Positions 20,287 to 29,857 of a DNA stretch of 64,000 nucleotides are shown one piece after another. The stretch comes from a virus. The stretch is taken from positions 25,629 to 89,628 of IMG/VR virus record IMGVR_UViG_3300028920_000056; one strand, given 5' to 3'. The first letter of the stretch is position 1, and each line of letters starts with the position of its first letter. A program made the position numbers and the translations under genes. The notes under the pieces are model-generated. The model ran no database searches, was not told where the DNA came from, and worked only from the letters and a program-made list of their open reading frames with translations.

Positions 20287-21256
20287 GTGGAAAAATATAA
20301 TAAATGGTTCAAACAACCAGGATCAATAATTTATTATTATATGACAAAAGCAAAAAAAGATGGAGCTGGATTAGGAGTTACTGCGCATTATAAAAATAGA
20401 GAAGTAACATATTATGATGTCCATTTTAATTTTGATGTTGAAATGGTTTTTGAGAATTGTGAGATGGTCAGAGACAAAAATATAATTAATGCGTTAGAGT
20501 CATATTTCTCTCCAAGAAGAGCATGTATTTTGTGGGTATTTTCAGGCCAACATTATTATCACATTTGAGGATATAAATGCATTATTTAGTAGACATACAT
20601 TATAACACCACACAACAAGAGTATAATATACTATTTGCTAAATGTCATTTCAAAACAATAACTTGGCGTAGCAAAGGTGAAACAAAAGGCACCGATGTAT
20701 CAATTATTGATGAGACTTATTATAAATCTTCTGGCTATAAGTTTGATGGATATGTTGATGATGATGAAGCATATATAGAAGGTGGAGCCATACATTATGA
20801 GATAGACGAAGCCAAATTAGATTTTTTTGAAAGAATTTTTTGGCATGCAAAAATATCTAATAAATTTTCTATAGCAGGCTGAAAATGAATTTACACATTA
20901 CAATAGATTATGATTATGGAGACGGACAAGCTCACGCAATATTTTGGTTAGATACAAGTACGTATATAAATTTTCAATTTGGAGCAGAGGCAAAAATACA
21001 AGATATAGATAGTTGGTATGAAGGCGAGGGCTCACTTTCAAAAGTAAAAATAGATTATAGAACATTCCATATAAGTAAATATTATATTGATTCTGAATAT
21101 GAAGAAGAAACATTTGAATATGAATTAGAAAACTGGAGAAATGAACCAGAGCATTGCACTACCTTTGACAATGTGCAATTTACTCCACAAATTATAAAAG
21201 CTCTTGTAAAGAATAGGAGTGCTATATTTTCATCAATATTTCTTTCTATAGCATAA
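20287..21256 (+). CDS. three small hypothetical ORFs (20287-20568, 20577-20882, 20885-21256) with C-terminal IF-type tag
   Basis: Ends RRACILWVFS, AKLDFFERIFW, RSAIFSSIFL. Confidence 0.6.
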
Positions 21257-21262
21257 TTATTC

Positions 21263-22031
21263 TTGATGGATAAAGATGCCACTAAGAATTTACTAAAAGA
21301 TTATAAATGTGAAGATTGTGTTTTTAGAAAAACAAATTTTCCTTTTAGCAGCAATGGAATCAAGTGTTTTACAAATCAAGGGCCATGTGAACAATTTGCT
21401 AAAGATATAAAAATAACAGTTAATTCGCCCATAACTTTTTGGATTGAAGAAACAATAAAAGCAGAAGTAAATAACTCATCATCAGTGGTAATAAAACTAG
21501 ATCAAATAAATATTGAATCAACGTATAATGTTAGTGTTGGCTCATATAATTTAACTTCTTTTTGTGAATATGGTATTAAAGATGAGTGTGGTAATTACCC
21601 TCCTCTTGAATTACTTACAATTTTAGTTCCAATAATTATGAATTCAATTAAGTTTAAAAAAGCTATAATAGAAGGAGTTATAACAATTGAACTCGAAAGA
21701 GACTAAAAATTTACTAAAAGATAGAGTATGTAAAGATTGCATAATGTTTTTTAATAAGCCAATACTAAGTTGTAAAGATGGATTATTTTGCACTGCAGAA
21801 AATAATACTTGTAAAAATTGGGTATATGATTATATTGTTATAAATACAACTAATGATGATATATATTCTGATCATGGTTATGTTTTTATTCCTGGTGAGA
21901 CATACTCACTCCGTGAAATAATGGAAGAAAATGATGCTGAGAAAATTATGAAAAGCGAAGAATTAAAAATGCTTATAAATAATGGAGAGATTAAATTGAC
22001 TCCTGTATATAAGATAAAAAAAGATCTTTGA
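21263..22031 (+). CDS. two Cys4 mini-domain proteins with N-terminal TKNLLKD tag (21263-21706, 21687-22031)
   Basis: DATKNLLKDYKCEDC and ETKNLLKDRVCKDC; GCATAATT motif at ~21251. Confidence 0.65.
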
Positions 22032-22074
22032 ATTTATTCTTTAATCTTTAAAGTTTAAATGTAAAGATAATATC

Positions 22075-22357
22075 GATGGAAGAATTAAATAAAGTATTAT
22101 AGCTTATGGTAAAGCGGCGACAGTCGGCGTTTTATTTTGGAGCTCCAGCTGACATTAAGTCGCAGAAGCCGGAATCATTTCCCGGACATTACTTTTATGC
22201 TCTAATTCTACCTATCAGAATTTGTCATAGGGAGGTGAGCTTAGTGTTCATGACCAAGAGGCTAACAACCTCGTTTGCATTTCATAGACAAATTCATCCG
22301 AAAGGAGGCAAATTAACATTTCTGATATTACGCCCGTCATTAAGACGGGCTTTTTTA
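22075..22357 (+). ncRNA. putative stand-alone structured RNA with tRNA-shaped domain
   Basis: GC-richer intergenic island between an AAAGATAA motif (22063) and a terminator; cloverleaf at 22093-22193 inside a long closing stem; second multi-stem domain 22213-22327. Confidence 0.65.
22331..22357 (+). terminator. intrinsic terminator
   Basis: GCCCGTC-ATTAA-GACGGGC plus TTTTTT. Confidence 0.9.
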
Positions 22358-22475
22358 TGCGAAAACATGAAATTCTTCCTTTAATTGCATAGATAATTAT
22401 GAAAACAAAAGTCGCTCGTTGAGGACTTTAATTATTTTATAAGCGATGTCGCATGAGTCGCAAAGGAGAAACATT

Positions 22476-22919
22476 ATGTCTAAAGATCTAACTATTTGGG
22501 ATGCGTTTGATAACATATTTGATAACTTTGAAAGTTCATTCTATCATATTGAACGTATAATTGAATCATATCCAGGATTCGCAAAATTTTATCCATCTTA
22601 TCCCCCTACAGATATCTACATAAAGAAAGACAAAACATTAATATTTGAGTTTGCAATTGCTGGGTATCCTGCAGAAAATATCAATTTAGAATGTGTTGGG
22701 GATCATCTTACTCTTACTTTAAAAGGTGATGATGTAGAAACTGTTCGTTATATTAAACAAGGTATTAAACATGCAGATGTCACTGCAAAATATGCAATTC
22801 CTTCTGACAGATATGATACTTCTAAGCTTGAAGCTAAAATTAATAGTGGAATACTTACAGTTACAATTCCTGCTAAAGAAAAAATAGAACCAACAAAAAT
22901 TGAAATTAAAAAAGAATAA
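22476..22919 (+). CDS. small heat-shock protein (Hsp20/alpha-crystallin)
   Basis: YPPTDIY...FEFAIAGY...AKINSGILTVTIP; SD AAGGAG supports ATG 22476. Confidence 0.92.
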   Translation: MSKDLTIWDAFDNIFDNFESSFYHIERIIESYPGFAKFYPSYPPTDIYIKKDKTLIFEFAIAGYPAENINLECVGDHLTLTLKGDDVETVRYIKQGIKHADVTAKYAIPSDRYDTSKLEAKINSGILTVTIPAKEKIEPTKIEIKKE

Positions 22920-22924
22920 TCGTT

Positions 22925-22953
22925 AAAGCCAGTACTTAAGTACTGGCTTTTTT
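22925..22953 (+). terminator. intrinsic terminator
   Basis: AAAGCCAGTACT-TA-AGTACTGGCTTT plus T-run. Confidence 0.9.
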
Positions 22954-23269
22954 GTGCTAAGATAAATGTATGAAAATTAAATTTTTAATTGGTGATAAAA
23001 AGTTAATAATAAAAAAGATATTTAAAGAATCTTCTGAAGAGTATGATAAATTTCTTTTACAAAAAAGAGATCTACTACGAGATACCATCTTCGATCTATA
23101 TGAAGACGGGTTCATTAAAACAATTGGTTATGGATTTGGATTTAGACTGCCAAATAGAGAAGATATATTTGGATGGTTTGAGCCAGAAACAAAAGAGGAC
23201 ATATTAAAAATAATTAATACTATTGAAGAAGAGTTAAAAGAAAAAATATATTTTACAAAGGAGTAAATA

Positions 23270-23440
23270 ATGCTTAAATGTCCAAAATGTGGTGGCACAA
23301 ACATAGGTCAATATAGAATGTTGACTGGAGCAATATGGTGCGAAGATTGTAAATTTGAAGCTCTAGAAAAAGAAAAAAATAATCCGTTTATTTATGAAGA
23401 AACTCGCATCAAATTATATAAAGAAAAAGAAAGATAAATA
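23270..23440 (+). CDS. small zinc-ribbon protein (below ORF-track cutoff)
   Basis: SD AAGGAG, MLKCPKCGG...WCEDC. End coordinate approximate. Confidence 0.55.
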
Positions 23441-23470
23441 AAACTATAGTTTTAAAAATGGAGGAAACAA

Positions 23471-24793
23471 ATGGACGATTTGACAAATGTAACTGTTGAT
23501 AATACTCCTACTAGATTTCCAAGGATTGCAAAACATTTAACTGAAGTTGATCCGGATCAGTTAAATGCATTGGATGCAACTAGCAAGACTTTTTATGATC
23601 ATTGTTATGATTTTTCTGCAGTGCCTACTAAACCTACTTCATTAGCTGGTGTAGACTCTAGCGAAAAAGAGGTTTGTAAACTAACTGTAACAGCACCTGT
23701 AGCTTCAGAATATGCTGTAAAAACTTTACAGGTACTTACTGGAAGTGATGCTGTATTAGAAGTTCAATCATTTACTGTTACTGCTGCTTGTTCAAGTAGT
23801 GGTGATTTAACTGTTGATGGAGATACAGTTGCTGTATTAGACACAGATGATGCAGCAGCGGTTGCTGGAAAAATAAGAGCTGCTAGTTTAACTAATTGGA
23901 CAACTTCTGGAAGTGGAGCAGATGTGATACTAACTGCAAAAACATATGATGACAAAGCAGAAGTTGTATTAAATGCTGGAGGAACTGGAACTACATTCAG
24001 TGCAATTTCAGAAGATACTAAAGGAACTACAACAGCAGGAAATATTACTATTACATTAGAAGGACCTGGAGCAGTTACTGTCGCTATTAGTGACGGTGAT
24101 GATGTCGCAACAGTAGTAGCATCAATTGATGGAGAAACATATACTGGATGGACAACATCAGTTGATGGAGATACTGTAACATTTACTTGTGACACTTATG
24201 GACCAAAAACAGGAAGTTTTGTTGACACAGATTCTACGGGAGTCACAGTGGCAACTGGAGATTTAGTGGATGATAATGTTGGAGTTGATGCAAGTGGTAA
24301 TGTAACAGTAACATTAGACGGTACTCCTTATGTAACTGCTTTGGCAATAGATGATGATACTGTTGAAAAAGTTGCAACTGCAATTGGAGCAACAAGCTAT
24401 GGAGCCGGATGGAGTGCTGGAGTAGTAGGAGATGTAGTTACTTTCACTGCTGTTGGATATGGTGACGCATCACCAGATATATCTTTTGCAGATACTGACA
24501 CAACTGGAGCAGCTGGAACAACATCTGTTGAAACACAAGGTCTTAATCAAGTTACTGTTACTTGGACAGATGTAGGACCTGCTTCAGATTCTTATAAAGT
24601 ATATTATAAAACTAGTGCGGCTGGGACAGAAACACAAGCAGATATATTAGGCGAAACAGAATTTACTGGAACTAAAAATCCACTTGGTACTGATATACCA
24701 GCGGCAGCAACAAAGATAGGTTTTGTAGTAGCTGGAGTTAATGAAGTTGGAACTGGAGAGTATACTGATCCTGTTTTTGTAGATATAGTATAA
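23471..24793 (+). CDS. virion decoration/appendage protein: FN3-like domain with three beta-rich repeats
   Basis: T/V/G/A/D-rich; three ~80-aa repeats; FN3-like VTVTW...SYKVYY...VVAGVNEVGTG; own AAAGATAA motif, SD GGAGG and terminator. Confidence 0.7.
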   Translation: MDDLTNVTVDNTPTRFPRIAKHLTEVDPDQLNALDATSKTFYDHCYDFSAVPTKPTSLAGVDSSEKEVCKLTVTAPVASEYAVKTLQVLTGSDAVLEVQSFTVTAACSSSGDLTVDGDTVAVLDTDDAAAVAGKIRAASLTNWTTSGSGADVILTAKTYDDKAEVVLNAGGTGTTFSAISEDTKGTTTAGNITITLEGPGAVTVAISDGDDVATVVASIDGETYTGWTTSVDGDTVTFTCDTYGPKTGSFVDTDSTGVTVATGDLVDDNVGVDASGNVTVTLDGTPYVTALAIDDDTVEKVATAIGATSYGAGWSAGVVGDVVTFTAVGYGDASPDISFADTDTTGAAGTTSVETQGLNQVTVTWTDVGPASDSYKVYYKTSAAGTETQADILGETEFTGTKNPLGTDIPAAATKIGFVVAGVNEVGTGEYTDPVFVDIV

Positions 24794-24812
24794 TCTTTAA
24801 TTTAGTAAATAA

Positions 24813-24838
24813 GAGGGCTAGTCAACTAGCCCTTTTTT
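24813..24838. terminator. intrinsic terminator between convergent genes
   Basis: AGGGCTAGT-CA-ACTAGCCCT plus T-run. Confidence 0.85.
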
Positions 24839-24841
24839 GTG

Positions 24842-25216
24842 TTAGTCAACGATTTCATATGGGACTTGTTTATCAAATTTTAAAGTAGGAATATCAAAAT
24901 AAATTATAAAACTAAAACCATAAACATTATCTATATCTTTTAATGGTATGTCGATATTTATATAAAGACTGTTATCATCTTCAATATAGTCTTCAATATA
25001 TATGATGGCGGTAGGAGATTCTTTTGATAATTTAAAGCCTTCATCTTTTATGAAAGGAATTAAATCTTGAGGAGCTAAATAATTCCAGAAATTTTTCAAT
25101 TTAATCTCTTGGTCTTCATAATATTCCGGATAAAATATTTTTTTAATAATAATACGAGAAAGTTCAGCTAATACATATTTCTTAATTTTTATCTCTAAAT
25201 TATCATGTTCATTCAT
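24842..25216 (-). CDS. hypothetical protein, the only convincing minus-strand gene
   Basis: Fills an otherwise non-coding gap; AAAGATAAT on the minus strand with ATG 5 nt after its GATA; carries SRIIIKKIF tag. Confidence 0.65.
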   Translation of the reverse strand: MNEHDNLEIKIKKYVLAELSRIIIKKIFYPEYYEDQEIKLKNFWNYLAPQDLIPFIKDEGFKLSKESPTAIIYIEDYIEDDNSLYINIDIPLKDIDNVYGFSFIIYFDIPTLKFDKQVPYEIVD

Positions 25217-25234
25217 AGAATTATCTTTGCATAA

Positions 25235-25996
25235 TTGATTAAAATGAATAAAAAAGAAACAACTAAAAAATTATTAAAAGATCAGACATGTGACTCATGT
25301 ATATACAGATGGAGTAGTGTTGGTAAATATCATTGCACTTCAAAAAATATGAAAAATAACACATGTAAACGCTATATAAATGATAGAGGACTAAGTGAAG
25401 AAGCTTATAACAAAATGCAAGAAATGAGAATGAGAGTAAGACTAGAAATAGAAAAATCATTAGAAGAAACTATAAAGTTAAATAGAGAAATAAGGAGTGG
25501 CAAATGGGATTACTCAAAAAAATAACTAAGCGACTATTAAAAGATCAGACATGTGATGACTGTTTTTGGTTTTGGAATCCATACAATTGGAGACATGTTC
25601 CCGGAGGTTTTTGCTGTTGGAAACATGTTAGACCCACAGAAGAAGGATGTTCTTCATGGAAAAAGAGAGAACAAAGAAAATAGTTATTAATTTACTTAAA
25701 GAAAAAACATGTGATAATTGTGTGTGGAAAAATGAGCATACAACATCTTGGTGTGGAATACAAGGAAATAAGCCGTCAGCCGGAACATGTATATTTTGGA
25801 GAATGTGGTTACCAGAGAGATGATTAGCATGAATGAGTCACAAGAAGAAAGAAGAGAAAGAACTAAAAGATTGTTACATGATGCATCATGTGATAATTGT
25901 ATCTATCGTTTTAAAGCCCCTCATTATTGGAACTGTAGTTTTTACCGTGATAGACCAATGAAAAATTTGTGCATAAATTGGTCTCTCCAAAGATAG
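25235..25996 (+). CDS. tandem array of four Cys4 mini-proteins (25235/25244-25525, 25504-25683, 25656-25823, 25829-25996)
   Basis: TKKLLKDQTCDSC, TKRLLKDQTCDDC, INLLKEKTCDNC, TKRLLHDASCDNC, each followed by two further Cys; the middle two are <60 aa and missing from the ORF track. Confidence 0.7.
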
Positions 25997-26036
25997 CTTC
26001 GACATGGCATTATGATAATATCATAGGAGGTAATAT

Positions 26037-26537
26037 ATGACAAAGACCCCACATGATAATAATTATATTTCTAATTCATTTCAAAATCGTATAGAAGTTA
26101 ATTTAGCTAATATAAGTCGCTCAAAAGATGATAAATTTATATTATTAGGTGTTCATTATATAATAAAGGGATTTAAATGTGAATTATGCAAACACCGTGA
26201 TTGTTTATATGCTTATACCATAAAAAATGTAGAAACTAATGCTGATATGGTAGTTGGCAGCGAATGTATTAAGCATTTTAAAGCTAAGGGTTGTAACATT
26301 GATTTAGCAGCTGGTCTAAAGAAAAGAGTTAAAAGCATCACAAGAAAAATGAAGCGTTATATGAAAAAATATTTAGACAAAGATGGTTATAAAGAAATGT
26401 CAGTAGAACAGAAGAGAGAGCTCACTGCTAAATTATTTGTTAAACAACAATTGAAAGAACAACTCAGAGGTGAAAGCAAAAAGAAAGTAATGTTATCAGA
26501 AGATGAAGTGTTAAAAATTCTTAAATATGAAGAATAG
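26037..26537 (+). CDS. zinc-binding hypothetical protein heading the TKLKLKG array
   Basis: CELCKH...VVGSECI; SD AGGAGG; class A motif at 25995-26016. Confidence 0.65.
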   Translation: MTKTPHDNNYISNSFQNRIEVNLANISRSKDDKFILLGVHYIIKGFKCELCKHRDCLYAYTIKNVETNADMVVGSECIKHFKAKGCNIDLAAGLKKRVKSITRKMKRYMKKYLDKDGYKEMSVEQKRELTAKLFVKQQLKEQLRGESKKKVMLSEDEVLKILKYEE

Positions 26538-26539
26538 TT

Positions 26540-28572
26540 ATGGTTGTTGAACACTATTCACAAATTAAACTTAATAAGCTTTATTATTTTTGGTTTACTG
26601 CACAACCTACTAAAAGTGCATATATTATATTTCGTGAATTTGAAAAAGAAACGTATATTTTTTATGTAGAAGTTTATGATGATAACAATGGCAAATATAA
26701 TACTTTAGTCCCAATTGAAGTAATTAGCAAGGGACAACTTATAGAAGTAGTAGATGACAAGTTTAAACTTAAGTTGGCCCTTAAGGGTTTGACAGAATGA
26801 AATTTGAAGATTTAAAAGTAGATATATTATATGTTGCTGATTATGATGGGCACTATCTCTATTTTATACCACGTAAACTACTCAGGGGTCAATTTTGGAG
26901 TATTAGTATGATTGACCATCAAAAGAATGTTGTTAGCTCGATGTTACATATAGATGTTTTTATGAAAGCAACTTCTGTGAGGAAAGCAACAAAAAAAGAA
27001 ATTACTACTCTAAGCTTGAAAGGGTTGTTGTGAACATAAAAATAAATTTTGAAGACTTAGAAGTTAATCATTTATATTGTTATGAGTGTGTTGATAATAA
27101 TTATCATTATAAAGGAGTTAGCAAATATTTTATAGTTCTTAAAAAGTTTATACGCAAAGAGAGTCATTTAGTAAGATGGTATAATGGTATGGGTGAAATA
27201 CATTATCAAGCATTATTCTCGGGATTTTTTCGTGAAGTTAAAGATATAAAAGAAAAGACTAAATTGATGCTGAAAGGATTGTTGTGAGATTAAACGTAGA
27301 TGACTATTTGTTAGTAAGATATGGAGACCCTCGCAAAACATCATTTTTTTTAGTTACAAATCGCAGTGCAGCAGATGACAATGTCGTTTTTGGAATATAT
27401 ATGTCGACAGATAGAGTAATCAATGTTAATGCAGCAATCTCTATTTATGCAATTGAAAGAAGTGACATATTTGTTAGTAAAATAACAAATAAAAAACTTA
27501 TTACTAAACTACAACTAAGAGGTTTAGTATGACAGAACTAGAAAAAGCAGTAAATACAAAGATTGGAGATTATTTAAAAATAGTAAACATTCCTAAATCT
27601 TTAAAGAGTGAATTATATTTTCTAGTTACTGAAATATATCCCGCTAAACCAACAACTAAAAACTTTATAAAACTTAGTGGAACTATGTTGTTAGAAGATG
27701 GCGACCTTGTAAATTTAGATTTGGCTGCTAGTTTTTTTGAAAAGAATTTTTTACGAATATTTCCAATAACTAAACAAACTTTAATAACTAAACTACAACT
27801 AAGAGGTTTAGTATGACAATATTTGACGATCTTAATGAAGAAGTTTATACAATACTAGATTCTGATGAAGAACTTAAAGGGCCCTTTTATTTAATAAAAA
27901 GAAAAGACACACATTTTTATTTTGGATCACTACTTACACTAAATAATAAAATTGAGCATGATATTGCAATACGAATAGATGGAAATATTGTTGTCAAAAA
28001 AATAATTAATAATAAGCTCATAACTAAACTTAAACTGAAAGGATTGGTATGATTAAAGGTGAGATTAAAATAAACGATTATCTTTATATTGATGACGATT
28101 TAGGAAGAAAATATTATTTAAAAGTTTCAAAATATCATTATCGTGAAGACACAGGTGAAATTTTTCTAATTAATGGAATAGGATATAATATTAAATATGA
28201 AAAATCAATTATAACTTTGTCCTTATGGATTAATGGAGACGCAACTGTAACTATCATAACCAATCTTAAACAAATAACTAAACTTAAACTGAAAGGAATA
28301 ATATGAAGCCATTACAACTCAATGGATATTATATGTATCGAGTAACTTATAAAGAGTTTCATTATATTAATTATTTCTATATTTGTCATATTGTTTCTAT
28401 CCCTCCGGCACATTACATAATTAATATACTTACTCATAACATAATTAAAAATACAATAGTACTAAACGAACATTCACCATTTTCACATAGTTGGTTTGAA
28501 CGAAATATTACTAACTTAAAAAGGATAAATGATAATAAACTTATAACAAAACTGAAACTAAGAGGATTATGA
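26540..28572 (+). CDS. array of eight translationally coupled 78-95 aa ORFs sharing a C-terminal (I)TKLxL(K/R)GL tag
   Basis: Consecutive genes overlap by ATGA/GTGA; bodies are dissimilar, last ~10 aa are conserved. Confidence 0.8.
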
Positions 28573-28717
28573 TATGATTAAAATAATTTTAGAGATGTGG
28601 CCACATGGTTATGAAAAATAAGTACAAGCTATGCGAAGGTAGAATCGGAAACGATAAAAAAATAATAACAAAATTAAACTTACTTGGACTTTTTTCTTTA
28701 AACTCATAAGATAAATA

Positions 28718-28748
28718 TATGGCCATATACCTAGTTGGTATGGCCATA
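28718..28748. promoter_or_regulatory. putative operator: two perfect TATGGCCATA palindromes 21 bp apart
   Basis: TATGGCCATA at 28718-28727 and 28739-28748, between an AAGATAA motif and an RHH-like gene. Confidence 0.6.
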
Positions 28749-28761
28749 ATGGAGTAATACA

Positions 28762-29079
28762 ATGGGAAAAATAAAACCGGGCCTATCTATAGATGAAGAA
28801 ATCTGGAAACAATTTAAAGAAAAGTTTAGTTCTAATGCATCTAAAAAAGCAGAAGAATTATTCAAAGAAGCACTAGAAATAGAAATACCAAATATTTTAA
28901 ATGCATGTGAAATTAATAGTGTAACTATACCAAACAGTTCTGAATGGAGTTTTAAATATTCAGAAGGATCAATAAATTTAGATCATAATGTTTCATATTC
29001 TTGCGTAGATAATGGCAGTGATTTTGCAGATATAACTAGCTCATATACAACAGATTTAAAAGATATTATAATTGAGTAA
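28762..29079 (+). CDS. ribbon-helix-helix-like DNA-binding protein
   Basis: KIKPGLSIDEEIWKQFKEK...NASKKAEELFKEAL resembles CopG/Arc-type RHH. Confidence 0.5.
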   Translation: MGKIKPGLSIDEEIWKQFKEKFSSNASKKAEELFKEALEIEIPNILNACEINSVTIPNSSEWSFKYSEGSINLDHNVSYSCVDNGSDFADITSSYTTDLKDIIIE

Positions 29080-29579
29080 GGAGGTTATTATGAGTGTTGG
29101 GGAACCAGATTTAACTTTAAATAATATTACTATTACCACAGAACATACAAGTTGGCCATATGTTACTAACGAAATATATTCAACTGGCACATATTACCCA
29201 TATTTTGATCATATTTGGATAGGTGACCCATTACCAGAAAAGTGGGAGCCTTTACCTGGATGTGTTCCATGGGATGGTCCACTTGTTAATGAAAACAAAT
29301 TACCAAACAATGTTGAAGAAATTTTAGAACAATTAAAAATACATATGGAGGGAAATAAAATGACTATGAATATTTATGAGGTTTTAGTAATAGATCGCAA
29401 AGAATGCACAGTTCTAACAAAGCAAGATAACATTATTGCTAAAGATGAAAAATCTGCAATGTTAGAACTTGACCTTAGCAAAGAAATTAAAGCTAAAGTT
29501 AAAAAGGACGAAATCGTATTTATCTTTACTAAAAAAGGCTCATTTGAGAAACTAGAAGATAAAGAATAATTATTCAATT

Positions 29580-29606
29580 GGTAGTCTCTTAAGACTACCT
29601 TTTTTG
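29580..29606 (+). terminator. intrinsic terminator
   Basis: GGTAGTCT-CTTA-AGACTACC plus T-run. Confidence 0.85.
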
Positions 29607-29857
29607 TGCAAAGATAAATATATATGACAAGTGTGACTTACTATTATATAATAAAAACCTATAAAGCTGGTGATTGGAAAGCAACATTTAGAATTACTAA
29701 TAAAGTACTAGATGAAACTTGGATATGTGAAAAATTAAAAAACAAAAATGACATTTTTAAATTTATATTTAATGATTATATAATAGACAATAAAATAGAG
29801 ATTAAAGTAGAAATTAAAATATGAAATATTATTATAAGTTGATAAAGGTAATATTTA

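Noticed and set aside
22093-22193. Functional tRNA, or tRNA with a bulge-helix-bulge intron
   Set aside because: No CCA, mismatched acceptor stem, degenerate T-loop; the insert has a 6-bp helix with 1-nt/5-nt flanks, not a 3-4-3 BHB.
22287-22315. c-di-GMP-I riboswitch or SRP helix 8 (TCC-GAAA-GGA with flanking CAAA/GGCA)
   Set aside because: Lacks the GACGCAAAGC segment and second stem of c-di-GMP-I, and the CAGG side of the SRP symmetric loop.
22106-22384. 92-aa ORF over the GC-richer island
   Set aside because: No SD, atypical composition, and it runs through a strong terminator; better explained as a by-product of a structured RNA.
26765-28692. CRISPR array or attC integron
   Set aside because: Repeats are degenerate and in frame, spacers are whole 240-290 bp ORFs, no palindromic attC structure, no cas or integrase gene in the window.
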